Source: Methylorubrum extorquens
GTDB lineage: Bacteria > Pseudomonadota > Alphaproteobacteria > Rhizobiales > Beijerinckiaceae
Length of the DNA stretch: 32,000 bases
Assembly (NCBI GenBank): GCA_900234795.1
Contig: LT962688.1
Location: forward strand, 5,130,001-5,162,000
Direction: 5' to 3'
The position numbers were made by a program, and so were the translations under genes. The notes beneath the pieces were generated by a model. That model was given only the letters and a program-made list of their open reading frames with translations. It made no database searches and was not told where the DNA came from. Below are positions 1 to 9,294 of this stretch, piece after piece; positions within the stretch are counted from its first letter, which is position 1, and every line of letters begins with the position of its first letter.

Positions 1-1
1 G

Positions 2-1417
2 CTCGGGTGGGATGAGCGTGAGCTCATCGGTAGCGCCTTCATGGACCTCGTCCATCCGGACGACGTCGCCGCCACGCTTGCGGAGGTCGGGAAGCTGTCG
101 GGGGGGGTGACCACCCTACGGTTCGAGAACCGCTATCGCCAGAAGGACGGCAGCTACCGCTGGCTCTCGTGGACGGCCGTTCCCGCCGAGGATCTCATCC
201 ACGCGGTCGGGCGTGACATCACTGCCGAAAAGGAGGCCGCACAAGCCCTCGCTGAAACCGAGGAGGCGCTGCGCCAAGCCCAGAAGATGGAAGCCGTGGG
301 CCAACTGACGGGCGGCATCGCACACGATTTCAACAACCTCCTGACCGGCATCGTCGGCTCCCTCGACATGATGCAGACCCGCGTCGCGCAGGGTCGAACC
401 GACACCATCGAGAAGTATGCCAAGGCGGCGATGTCCTCGGCCAATCGCGCGGCCGCCCTGACGCACCGCCTGCTGGCCTTCGCTCGCCGGCAGCCCCTCG
501 ACCCGAAGCCGGTCAACGCCAACACGCTCGTGACCTCGCTGGAGGATCTGCTGCGCCGGACAATCGGCGAGGCCGTCAGCTTGGAGATCGTCACCGCAGG
601 CGGCCTGTGGCCGACGCTTTGCGACCCGCACCAGCTCGAAAGCGCTGTCCTGAACCTGGCCATCAACGCGCGCGACGCCATGCCAGACGGCGGCAAGCTC
701 ACCATCGAGACCTGCAACACGCACCTCGACCGGGCCTATGCCAAGCTGCACCCGGGGGTGGAGCCCGGCCAGTACATTTGCATCTGCGTGACCGATACCG
801 GCACCGGCATGCCGCCGGACGTCGTCGCGCGGGCCTTCGACCCGTTCTTCACGACGAAACCCATCGGCCAGGGAACGGGGCTCGGCCTGTCGATGATCTA
901 CGGCTTCGCGCGCCAGTCGGAGGGGCATGCCAAGATCTACTCGGAGGTCGGGCAGGGCACGTCAGTGAAGATCTACCTGCCGCGCCATCGCGGAGCTTTG
1001 ACCGGGGAGGACACGCAGGCATCGGGCCTGACGCAAGCGCACCGGGCCGAGACCGGCGAGACGGTGCTGGTCGTGGAGGACGAGCCGGTGGTGCGCGACC
1101 TCATCGTCGAGGTGCTGCACGATCTCGGCTACCGGGCCTTGGAGGCGCAGGACGGACCCTCCGGCCTCGCCGTTCTGCAGTCGCACGAGCGCATCGACCT
1201 CTTGGTCACCGACGTCGGCCTACCGGGCTTGAACGGGCGCCAGCTCGCCGACCAGGCCCGCGAAGGGCGGCCCGAGCTCAAGGTGCTGTTCATCACCGGC
1301 TATGCCGAGAACGCGATGTTCGGGAACGGCCACCTCGAACCAGGCATGCAGATGATGACCAAGCCCTTCCCGGTTGAAGCCCTGGCGACGCGCATCCGCG
1401 AGATAATCCAGAGTTGA
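2..1417 (+). CDS. hybrid sensor histidine kinase / response regulator (PAS-HisKA-HATPase_c-REC), 5' end outside window
   Basis: The frame is open from the window edge (LGWDERELIGSAF precedes the first ATG at 41). PAS-like N-terminus; H-box IAHDFNNLL; N-box LNLAINARDAM; G1 DTGTGM; G2 GTGLGLS. C-terminal receiver: VLVVEDEP...DLLVTDVGLPGLNG...TKPF. Confidence 0.9.
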   Translation, partial: LGWDERELIGSAFMDLVHPDDVAATLAEVGKLSGGVTTLRFENRYRQKDGSYRWLSWTAVPAEDLIHAVGRDITAEKEAAQALAETEEALRQAQKMEAVGQLTGGIAHDFNNLLTGIVGSLDMMQTRVAQGRTDTIEKYAKAAMSSANRAAALTHRLLAFARRQPLDPKPVNANTLVTSLEDLLRRTIGEAVSLEIVTAGGLWPTLCDPHQLESAVLNLAINARDAMPDGGKLTIETCNTHLDRAYAKLHPGVEPGQYICICVTDTGTGMPPDVVARAFDPFFTTKPIGQGTGLGLSMIYGFARQSEGHAKIYSEVGQGTSVKIYLPRHRGALTGEDTQASGLTQAHRAETGETVLVVEDEPVVRDLIVEVLHDLGYRALEAQDGPSGLAVLQSHERIDLLVTDVGLPGLNGRQLADQAREGRPELKVLFITGYAENAMFGNGHLEPGMQMMTKPFPVEALATRIREIIQS

Positions 1418-1628
1418 GGGATGGTTCGCCGACACCGGGCCGCGCTGCCAGCGCTTCCGATGAGACAAAGGCGGCAAAAGCCTGGCAAGTAGGACGGACT
1501 GCACCTGAGAAAAAGCAGCGGCGATGGTCTATCGCCTCTCAGCTGCCCGCGTCTAGGCCCACTTCTAGAAGGTCGAGAGCCAACTCGACCAGTTCCGGGC
1601 CGAGGAGTTCTGGGACCGCGTTATTCAC

Positions 1629-2693
1629 TCAGGCGGCAGCAGGTACCGCTTGGTTGGCCGTCCGCAGATGCAGATCCGCTTCGACCTGGGGCCATCGGCT
1701 CAGGAACGCCGTGACCACCGCCGGGTCGAAGTGGGCGCCAGCGCTCTCGATTAGGTGCTGGCGGGCGCGCTCGGGCGACCATGCCTGCTTATAGGGGCGC
1801 TCCGTCGTCAGCGCGTCGAAGACGCCGGCCACCGCGACGATGCGGCCGGACAGTGGGATGGCCTCACCCTTCAGGCCGTACGGGTAGCCAGCCCCGTCCC
1901 AGCGCTCGTGGTGGCTCGCCGCGATCTCCGCGGCGAGCCCGCATGACGGGCGAGGCGCTGCCGCCGAGGATGCGCTGGCCGCGCTCGGCGTGCGTCTCCA
2001 TCTGCCGGTGCTCCTCCGGCGTCAGCGGTCCGGGCTTGAGCAGGATGGCGTCGGGCACGGCGATCTCTCCGACATCGTGCATGGTCGCGGCCAGTGCGAG
2101 ATGCCGGCGTCCGGCAGGCGACATGCCCATCGCCTCGGCGATCAGCCCGACATAGGCGGAGACACGCAAGATATGGTCACCTGTGTCCGCGTCACGGTGC
2201 TCGGCGGCGCGCATGAGGGTCGAGACGATCTCGCGCTCCCGCTCCTCGACGAGTGCGACCGCGGCAGCGACCTCGCGGGCGAGCTGCGCGGCGTGGTCGC
2301 GCTGCGCCCGGTGAGCCTCTGAGAGGGCGAGCAGGTTCGTGACACGGGCGCGGATCTCAGCCGCGTCGGCCGGCTTGTGGTGAGGAAGTCGGTGGCACCC
2401 GCCTCCAGCGCCTTGCGGCGCAGGCTGCGCTGGTCGTGGCTCGTCACCATGACGGTCGGCACGTGCGCGAGGCCGGGCACGCGCCGCACTGCCCGGATGA
2501 ACTCGATGCCGTTCATGCTCGGCATCTCGTAGTCCGTGATGACGACCCCAATCTCGGAAGCGCGAGCCTCAGCGAAGGCGAGCGCCTCGGCCGGCACAGT
2601 GAAGTCGTGCGGCACGCATCCGGCGAGCGGCCGCAGAGAGGCCACCATGACCAGATTGTTCGTCTCGGCGTCGTCGAGGACGAGAGCGAGCAT
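1629..2693 (-). pseudogene. response regulator with HD-GYP domain (RpfG-like c-di-GMP phosphodiesterase), two frameshifts
   Basis: Three successive minus-strand ORF pieces. REC: MLALVLDD...VITDYEMPSMNG...DFLT. HD: [23 protein letters not shown]...[11 protein letters not shown] becomes readable only after a frame change. Frame breaks lie near 2376-2383 and 1931-1937. Confidence 0.8.
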
Positions 2694-2890
2694 CGAGTTT
2701 TGTCCCAGGCCTGTTCGGCCCCAAGGGGCCAAGGCTTCGGACGGACGTGGCGTTCGAGAATGCTCACCAGCCGCTTGGAACAGGCAGGGCAGCCGTCTGG
2801 AACGTTCGACAGGGCCAAGGTTTCTCGGAACGCCTGCCGCAGGTGACCAGTGATGGCATCGTTGGTCTCCGAACTTGAGGCTCCGTCCAT

Positions 2891-3775
2891 TCAGACCTTC
2901 AACCGGTCGATCAGCGCCCTAAGACCGCCGGAAAGATGCCGCTGACTGGGGTAGTAGAGGAACAGGTCATCTCGTACGGGGCACCAATCTTCGAGGCATC
3001 GGCGAAGCGTGCCGGTTTCGAGGTACGGTCGGGCGCGATCCTCCCAGACGTAGGCCAACCCAGCGCCCTTTACGGCTGCTTCGACCATCAGCTCCTGGTG
3101 GTCGAGTGTGACCGGCCCATCGACGTCGACTTCGATGGCCTCATCATCCCGCTTAAACCGCCAGTTTAAGATCCTGCCGCTCGGGAAGCTGTACCGGATG
3201 CCGACGTGATGCTGGAGGTCCCGTGGGTGCTCCGGCGCCGGATGCTGATCCAAGTAGTCGGGCGAGCCAACGACCGCAAAGCGTTGCGTTGGCCCAATCC
3301 GTACCGCGATCATGTTTCGGGACAGCACCTCGCCGAACCGAATGCCGGCGTCGAAGCCTTCCTCGACGATGTCGATCAGGCGATCAGTCGCCACGATGTC
3401 GAGGCGCAGGCCAGGGTTCTCCGCGACTAGCGAGCCGATGACGTCACGCAACAAGAAGGGCGCGAGGGACGTCGGTAGGTTGATCCGGACGGTCCCAAAT
3501 GGCGTTGCTCGGAACGTGTTTAGGCCCTCCTGAGCCCGTTCGATCTGCTCGAAGGCCGGTGCGAGGTCGGCGAGGAAGCGTTCGCCCGCGTCGGTGAGAG
3601 CGACGCTCCGGGTGGTTCGCTGGAGCAGCCTGACGCCGACGCGCTCCTCCAAGTTACGGATCGCGTGGCTGATGGCGGACGAGGCGACACCACGCTCGGT
3701 TGCGGCCTTCCGGAAGCTACGGTGCCGGGCGACCGCCAAGAAGGCGGCTAGTTCGCCAAGCTCGCTGCCACGCAT
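2891..3775 (-). CDS. LysR-family transcriptional regulator
   Basis: N-terminal HTH: MRGSELGELAAFLAVARHRSFRKAATERGVASSAISHAIRNLEERVGVRLLQRTTRSV. C-terminal LysR substrate-binding-like region. Internal ATG at 3775 preferred, with AGGA 7 nt upstream. Divergent from the oxidoreductase gene. Confidence 0.9.
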   Translation of the reverse strand: MRGSELGELAAFLAVARHRSFRKAATERGVASSAISHAIRNLEERVGVRLLQRTTRSVALTDAGERFLADLAPAFEQIERAQEGLNTFRATPFGTVRINLPTSLAPFLLRDVIGSLVAENPGLRLDIVATDRLIDIVEEGFDAGIRFGEVLSRNMIAVRIGPTQRFAVVGSPDYLDQHPAPEHPRDLQHHVGIRYSFPSGRILNWRFKRDDEAIEVDVDGPVTLDHQELMVEAAVKGAGLAYVWEDRARPYLETGTLRRCLEDWCPVRDDLFLYYPSQRHLSGGLRALIDRLKV

Positions 3776-3792
3776 TGCTCTATCCTGCTCAT

Positions 3793-3805
3793 TACTGCGC
3801 GCAGA
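3793..3805. promoter_or_regulatory. putative LysR box (T-N11-A) containing the perfect palindrome CTGCGCGCAG
   Basis: T3793-N11-A3805 with the 10-bp dyad CTGCGCGCAG (3795-3804). It lies in the 98-bp intergenic region between the divergent LysR and oxidoreductase genes. Confidence 0.35.
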
Positions 3806-3873
3806 ATTTAGCACGTTATCGGAACAGTGAGACGCACCTACGTTCAGGCATCGTCGATTGCAAACATGAAGGA

Positions 3874-4869
3874 ATGCCAATGCCCCGCGTCGTCCGCTTC
3901 CATGAGACCGGTGGTCCCGAGGTGCTGAAGGTCGAGGACGTCCAGGTCTCTGCGCCGAAGGCCGGAGAGGTTCAGATTCGGGTGAAGGCCATGGGCCTGA
4001 ACCGGGCTGAAGTCATGTTTCGGACCGGCCAGTATGTGACCGAGCCGCAGTTCCCGGCTACGCTCGGCTACGAGGCCGCCGGCACCGTCGAGGCCCTTGG
4101 ACCTGACGTCGAGGGCTTCTCTATCGGCGATGCGGTAAGCGTCGTGCCTTGCTTCCTGCTCGGCGAGTACGGCCTACACGGCGAGGTCGTGAATGCGCCC
4201 GCCTTCGGGGTTGTAAAGCACCCGGCCAACCTCTCGTGGGAGGAAGCCGCCGCGACCTGGATGATGTTCGTGACCGCCTACGGCGCGCTCGTCGATATCG
4301 CGAATGTCCAAGCTGGCCAGACAGTGCTGATCCGTGCGGCTTCCAGCAGCGTCGGCTTGGCGGCCATCCTGATCACCAACGCATTGGGGGCCGTCCCGGT
4401 CGCCCTGACGCGCCGGAGCAACAAGCGCGACGAACTCCTCAAGCACGGGGCCGCCCACGTCATCGCCACCGAGGAGCAGGATCTCGTAGCCGAGGTGGAG
4501 CGCATCACCGATGGCAAGGGAGCCCACGTTGCCTTCGACCCGGTCGGGGGCTCGGAAGTCGCCAAGATCTTGGAGGCGCTTGGCTACCTCGGCATCTTCT
4601 TCCAGTATGGCGCCCTCGATACGACGCCCCTATCAGTGCCGGTGATGCCGCTCCTGGGCAAGGACTTGACCGTGCGCGGCTACCAGCTCTTCGAGATCAC
4701 GATGGATCCCGTGCGCCTGGAGAAGGCGAAGGACTTCATCGTGAGGGGGCTGGCCTTGGGTGCCTTGAAGCCGGTCGTCGCGAGGACGTTCAAGCTCGAC
4801 GAGATCGTGGAGGCGCACCGTTTCATGGAGAGCAACGAGCAGGTCGGGAAGATCGTCGTCACCGCCTGA
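3874..4869 (+). CDS. zinc-type alcohol dehydrogenase-like / NADPH:quinone oxidoreductase (MDR superfamily)
   Basis: MPMPRVVRFHETGGPEVLKVEDV...GEVQIRVKAMGLNRAE...; nucleotide-binding region VLIRAASSSVGLAAI; C-terminal GKIVVTA. GAAGGA sits just upstream, so the start may be the second ATG at 3880. Confidence 0.9.
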   Translation: MPMPRVVRFHETGGPEVLKVEDVQVSAPKAGEVQIRVKAMGLNRAEVMFRTGQYVTEPQFPATLGYEAAGTVEALGPDVEGFSIGDAVSVVPCFLLGEYGLHGEVVNAPAFGVVKHPANLSWEEAAATWMMFVTAYGALVDIANVQAGQTVLIRAASSSVGLAAILITNALGAVPVALTRRSNKRDELLKHGAAHVIATEEQDLVAEVERITDGKGAHVAFDPVGGSEVAKILEALGYLGIFFQYGALDTTPLSVPVMPLLGKDLTVRGYQLFEITMDPVRLEKAKDFIVRGLALGALKPVVARTFKLDEIVEAHRFMESNEQVGKIVVTA

Positions 4870-4970
4870 CCTTATGACAGGAGCGACCCGCCTCGGCAGG
4901 GTCGTTCCATAATGTCGAGGTAGGCAAACGTCAGCTTCCGATGGCGGCGCAGTCTCTTGCGATCACCTCG

Positions 4971-5041
4971 CTGAATGCCCGCTCCCTATCCCATCCGGAC
5001 CTTCGGTGTCAGCACTTCGAATGTCCGCTTGGGGTGTCAGG
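4971..5041 (-). repeat. partial copy of an intergenic repeat family (core GCGGACATTCGA...CGAAGGTCCGGATGGG)
   Basis: The reverse complement aligns with 19977-20045 and with the left part of 28166-28400 (CCAAGCGGACATTCGA...CCGAAGGTCCGGATGGG). Confidence 0.6.
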
Positions 5042-5368
5042 AGTGAGCGTCCAGCTAATGAACTCCCGAGGCCAACTGGCTCATCCAGCAGGCCGCTGGA
5101 GCGATCGGTGACGCCTACTACTTCAGAGTCGTAGCGCCGTAACGATCCTACCCTTTTGGTCTCAGCGCTGCTCCCTCGCGGCCGTTCTTCCTTGTCGTAG
5201 GCTGTGCGATGCTCAACCCCTGCGCGCTGATGACGGTGACCTACCAGGCTCCTCGAAGCCACCGGGTGAGAGCGCGCAGGTAATTGTCCGCCGTCAGCAC
5301 TCCTGAGACAGATTGAGGGTCTTCACGAACGGAGGATGGCTGGTTCATCGTAGCCCCCAGGAGCGAAG

Positions 5369-5743
5369 ATGAAACAGTCATCCGGGCCGGTACGGAAGCC
5401 GGCGGAGGCCGTGATCAAGGACATCCGCCGCGCTACGCGTCGGCAGTTCTCGGCCGAAGAGAAGATCCGCATCGTGCTGGAAGGCCTGCGCGGCGAGGAC
5501 AGCATCGCCGAGCTGTGCCGGCGCGAAGGCATCGCCAGCTCGATGTACTACGGCTGGTCCAAGGAGTTCCTGGAAGCCGGGAAGAAGCGGCTGGCCGGCG
5601 ACACGGCCCGTGCCGCCACCGCCGATGAGGTCAAGGACCTGCGCCGCGAGGCGGGCGCGCTGAAGGAGGTCGTGGCCGACCTCGTCCTGGAGAACCGCCT
5701 GCTCAAAAAAAGCATGAGCGGGGCTGGGGGCGACGAGGCATGA
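5369..5743 (+). CDS. IS3-family transposase OrfA (HTH)
   Basis: 124 aa. FSAEEKIRIVLEGLRGEDSIAELCRREGIASSMYYGWSKEF is typical of IS3/IS911 OrfA, followed by a leucine-zipper-like tail. The stop overlaps the orfB ATG (ATGA). Confidence 0.9.
   Translation: MKQSSGPVRKPAEAVIKDIRRATRRQFSAEEKIRIVLEGLRGEDSIAELCRREGIASSMYYGWSKEFLEAGKKRLAGDTARAATADEVKDLRREAGALKEVVADLVLENRLLKKSMSGAGGDEA
5705..5711 (+). other. putative programmed -1 ribosomal frameshift site (A7) producing OrfAB
   Basis: CTC AAA AAA AGC in the orfA frame. The -1 frame is open from 5710 (AAG CAT GAG ...) into the orfB ATG at 5740. Confidence 0.6.
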
Positions 5744-6720
5744 GGTACCCGGCCCCCGAGAAGCTGGAGGTCATCCGGCTGGTCGAGCAGTCCCACCTGC
5801 CGGTGCGCGCCACCCTGGACAAGCTCGGCGTCGCCCGAGCCACGTTCTACCGTTGGTACGACACCTACCAACGCGGCGGCCCCGAGGCTCTGGTCGATCG
5901 CCCCTCGCGACCAAGCCGGGTGTGGAACCGCCTGCCCATGGAGGTTCGCGAGCAGATTGTCGCGCTCGCGCTGGAAGAGCCGGAACTCAGCCCGCGCGAG
6001 CTGGCGGTACGCTTCACCGACGAGCGGCGGTACTTCGTCTCCGAAGCCACCGTCTACCGCCTGCTCAAAGCTCAGGATCTGGTCACCAGCCCGGCCTATA
6101 TCGTCGCCAACGCCGCCGATGAGTTCCGCGACAAGACCACCGCGCCCAACCAGCTGTGGCAGACGGACTTCACCTACCTGAAGGTCGTCGGCTGGGGCTG
6201 GTACTATCTCTCGACGGTGCTGGATGACTTCTCGCGCTACATCGTAGCTTGGAAGCTGTGCACGACGATGCAGGCCAGCGACGTCACCGCCACACTCGAC
6301 TTGGCGCTTACGGCTGCCGGCCTCGACCCCGTGCAGGTGGCACACCGGCCACGGCTGCTCACCGACAACGGATCGAGCTACGTCGCGGCTGACTTGGCCA
6401 CGTGGCTCGGCAGCCGGGGCATGACCCACATCCGGGGGGCGCCCCGCCATCCGCAGACACAGGGCAAGATCGAGCGCTGGCACTTGACGCTCAAGAACCG
6501 CATCCTGCTCGAACACGCCTACCTGCCCGGCGAGCTGGAGGCGCGGGTCGCCGCCTTCGTCGAGCACTACAACCATGTCCGGGCTCATGAGAGCCTGGGC
6601 AACCTCACCCCGTCCGACGTCTACTTCGGCCGTGGCGAGGCCATCCTGCGCGATCGAGCGCAGATCAAGCGCCAGACTCTCATGCACCGCCGCTTGCGCC
6701 ATCACGCGCAGGCCGCCTAA
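5740..6720 (+). CDS. IS3-family transposase OrfB (HTH + rve/DDE integrase core)
   Basis: 326 aa. Candidate catalytic motifs: WQTDFTY, LLTDNGSSY, HPQTQGKIERWH. Confidence 0.9.
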   Translation: MRYPAPEKLEVIRLVEQSHLPVRATLDKLGVARATFYRWYDTYQRGGPEALVDRPSRPSRVWNRLPMEVREQIVALALEEPELSPRELAVRFTDERRYFVSEATVYRLLKAQDLVTSPAYIVANAADEFRDKTTAPNQLWQTDFTYLKVVGWGWYYLSTVLDDFSRYIVAWKLCTTMQASDVTATLDLALTAAGLDPVQVAHRPRLLTDNGSSYVAADLATWLGSRGMTHIRGAPRHPQTQGKIERWHLTLKNRILLEHAYLPGELEARVAAFVEHYNHVRAHESLGNLTPSDVYFGRGEAILRDRAQIKRQTLMHRRLRHHAQAA

Positions 6721-6792
6721 CCCTCACCCAGATGGACCAGAGCCTCCGTTCCTGAGCACCGCAAACCGTCTCAAATCATCTGACGACGCACA

Positions 6793-7208
6793 AGCTGGTT
6801 GGGCGCGGTGGTCTTGTCGCGGAACTCATCGGCGGCGTTGGCGACGATATAGGCCGGGCTGGTGACCAGATCCTGAGCTTTGAGCAGGCGGTAGACGGTG
6901 GCTTCGGAGACGAAGTACCGCCGCTCGTCGGTGAAGCGTACCGCCAGCTCGCGCGGGCTGAGTTCCGGCTCTTCCAGCGCGAGCGCGACAATCTGCTCGC
7001 GAACCTCCATGGGCAGGCGGTTCCACACCCGGCTTGGTCGCGAGGGGCGATCGACCAGAGCCTCGGGGCCGCCGCGTTGGTAGGTGTCGTACCAACGGTA
7101 GAACGTGGCTCGGGCGACGCCGAGCTTGTCCAGGGTGGCGCGCACCGGCAGGTGGGACTGCTCGACCAGCCGGATGACCTCCAGCTTCTCGGGGGCCGGG
7201 TACCTCAT
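6793..7208 (-). pseudogene. IS3-family OrfB truncated after about 139 aa
   Basis: Identical to OrfB through ...DKTTAPNQL. It then reads VRRQMI* across the junction into the terminal repeat of copy 1. Confidence 0.85.
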
Positions 7209-7579
7209 GCCTCGTCGCCCCCAGCCCCGCTCATGCTTTTTTTGAGCAGGCGGTTCTCCAGGACGAGGTCGGCCACGACCTCCTTCAGCGCGCCCGCCTC
7301 GCGGCGCAGGTCCTTGACCTCATCGGCGGTGGCGGCACGGGCCGTGTCGCCGGCCAGCCGCTTCTTCCCGGCTTCCAGGAACTCCTTGGACCAGCCGTAG
7401 TACATCGAGCTGGCGATGCCTTCGCGCCGGCACAGCTCGGCGATGCTGTCCTCGCCGCGCAGGCCTTCCAGCACGATGCGGATCTTCTCTTCGGCCGAGA
7501 ACTGCCGACGCGTAGCGCGGCGGATGTCCTTGATCACGGCCTCCGCCGGCTTCCGTACCGGCCCGGATGACTGTTTCAT
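7205..7579 (-). CDS. IS3-family transposase OrfA (second, identical copy)
   Basis: The 124-aa product is identical to that of 5369-5743. Confidence 0.85.
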   Translation of the reverse strand: MKQSSGPVRKPAEAVIKDIRRATRRQFSAEEKIRIVLEGLRGEDSIAELCRREGIASSMYYGWSKEFLEAGKKRLAGDTARAATADEVKDLRREAGALKEVVADLVLENRLLKKSMSGAGGDEA

Positions 7580-7847
7580 CTTCGCTCCTGGGGGCTACGA
7601 TGAACCAGCCATCCTCCGTTCGTGAAGACCCTCAATCTGTCTCAGGAGTGCTGACGGCGGACAGTCACGAGCAAAGCCGATCAGGCTCCCGAGGAGCGGC
7701 CAGCCCTTCGGACCTGGAGGCGAGGCATCGGTATGGACAGGCCGATCGAGGGGGCTTGCCGGGTTGCTGTCCTGAAGCATGACCGAGACTCCAGCAGGAG
7801 CCCCCTGCCCATCCGGCGCTCTTTGACCGCTGCCGTCAATCGCAACG

Positions 7848-8363
7848 TCACAGGAGCGCCCTTAGGAGCAACCCATGAACTTCCAACCGCCATCGCACCA
7901 GAACGTAGTGCTCGACATCACGGCGGCGCCGAAAGCCGAGGTTCCTGCCTGCTGAATGGTTGAACTCGTCCACGTGGCGCAGGACCACAAAATCGCGCCG
8001 CCCGGTCCAGGCGTTCAGCGTCTGCATCTGCTCGTTCTCGTCGGGCGTCATGAACGTCATCGTCTGGAGGATGTTGCGACCGATCAGGGCGTTCGATCCT
8101 CGGGCCGCCGTGTGGGTGATCGTGTCCTCCAGCATGGCAACACGGTTCGAGATGATAGCGAAGGTATGGGCGGGACGAGCTTCGGCTTGCGAGACGAAGA
8201 TCGGGCGAACCCTACTCCTGCCCACATGCAAGTAGACTTGAGGAACGATTTGACCGCGTGAAACACCACGCTCAACGGCTTCAATGCCATGGCCACTGCG
8301 ACTAACAGGATCGCACGATGTCAATCGTGAATTCCGAAGTACCCCTTTTGGGCGAGCTGGCAC
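7848..8363 (-). CDS. hypothetical protein, family not recognised, possibly frameshifted at its 3' end
   Basis: The protein-like stretch AHTFAIISNRVAMLEDTITHTAARGSNALIGRNILQTMTFMTPDENEQMQTLNAWTGRRDFVVLRHVDEF is followed by an Arg-rich tail. Another frame gives IQQAGTSAFGAAVMSSTTFWCDGGWKFMGCS*. The segment looks lower in GC. Confidence 0.3.
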   Translation of the reverse strand: MPARPKGVLRNSRLTSCDPVSRSGHGIEAVERGVSRGQIVPQVYLHVGRSRVRPIFVSQAEARPAHTFAIISNRVAMLEDTITHTAARGSNALIGRNILQTMTFMTPDENEQMQTLNAWTGRRDFVVLRHVDEFNHSAGRNLGFRRRRDVEHYVLVRWRLEVHGLLLRALL

Positions 8364-8916
8364 GCGAGTGTCCGATAACGTACGCTTTGAGCCTCGATCC
8401 TTCGCGCAGTTTGGACCTCATGCCTCATTCCCTGCGTCGTCAGACCTGGATCATCGAAGAAGCGCAGAAGGAAAGGGAACGCTCACGTGAAGCGCACACC
8501 CGGGCGCAGGAGGTCCTAGCGCGCATCACCCGGAACAGGCTCGCCGAAGGTTCTCCCATTCTCTCGCATGCCCCTGCGGCTGGCGCACGGGTATCTGCTT
8601 GGGTCAATCGGTCGGTTCTCGAACAACCCGCGAGCAGTTGATCCACTTGCGTCGAATGCCGTCCGACTGCCTCTCGCGTGTCAGGGGCGGCGGACGGGCG
8701 GTGAGGACATATTCTTACATAGCCAGCCGCTATCATCGCGACGAATGAAATATTCGCCGTGAGGGTATCTACGTCCAAACACCTTCAGACACGCTGGCGA
8801 TCGAACTTCGATCCGGTGAGCGGAGATTTCATCTGCGCCGTAAGCTCGCTCCTTCTTCGGCATGGCATGATGGTCTTGGAGATGTTGCTCGCGGGTCGCC
8901 AGCGCAGGAGGACCCA

Positions 8917-9294
8917 ATGATCGGCTACGTGACGCTCGGGACGAACGATCTTGTGCAGGCGGCCAAGTTCTACGACGCGCTGGCCCAGGAGATGGGCGTC
9001 GGTCGGATGATGGAGAGCGAGCAATTCATCGCCTGTGGCAGGCCGGGAGGCGGAGGGGGTATCGGCCTCACGAAGCCTTACGACGGCAATCCAGCTACGG
9101 TCGGCAACGGCGTTATGGTAGCGCTCGCCGCCAAGGATCGCGAGCAGGTTGATCGCCTGCATCGGCTGGCGCTCGAACTTGGCGGCAGCAACGAGGGTGA
9201 GCCGGGTCCCCACGGCGGCTTCTACGCGGCCTACTTCCGCGACCCAGATGGTAACAAGCTGAGCGCCTTTACCTTGACGGTCGGGGAAGCATGA
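8917..9294 (+). CDS. VOC-family protein (glyoxalase/bleomycin-resistance/dioxygenase fold)
   Basis: MIGYVTLGTNDLVQAAKFYDAL... and ...GFYAAYFRDPDGNKLSAF. AGGAGG lies 5-6 nt upstream of the ATG. Confidence 0.85.
   Translation: MIGYVTLGTNDLVQAAKFYDALAQEMGVGRMMESEQFIACGRPGGGGGIGLTKPYDGNPATVGNGVMVALAAKDREQVDRLHRLALELGGSNEGEPGPHGGFYAAYFRDPDGNKLSAFTLTVGEA

Larger units (their letters stand above)
5285..6792 (+). mobile_element. IS3-family insertion sequence, complete (1508 bp)
   Basis: Ends defined by comparing the two copies. Left end is TGTCCGCCGTCAG...; the right end ...CTGACGACGCACA is its imperfect inverted repeat; termini are TG...CA. orfA and orfB lie in 0/-1 frames with an A7 slippery run. 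Confidence 0.85.
6793..7663 (-). mobile_element. inverted, 3'-truncated second copy of the same IS3-family element (first 871 bp only)
   Basis: Reverse complement of 5285-6155. The outer end ...CTGACGGCGGACA finishes at 7663. All six-frame ORFs are identical to those of copy 1. The copy ends abruptly against the right end of copy 1. Confidence 0.85.

Noticed and set aside
116-928. Long ORFs antisense to, or out of frame with, clear genes: 116-928(-), 607-1377(+), 4149-4877(+), 5548-6705(-), 8785-9432(-), 10447-10965(-), 12733-13647(+), 18905-19420(-), 19901-20503(-), 25023-25571(+), 29680-30267(-).
   Set aside because: These are typical high-GC shadow ORFs. They have Arg/Ala/Pro/Gly-rich, low-complexity products with no motifs, and each fully overlaps a gene with strong family signatures.
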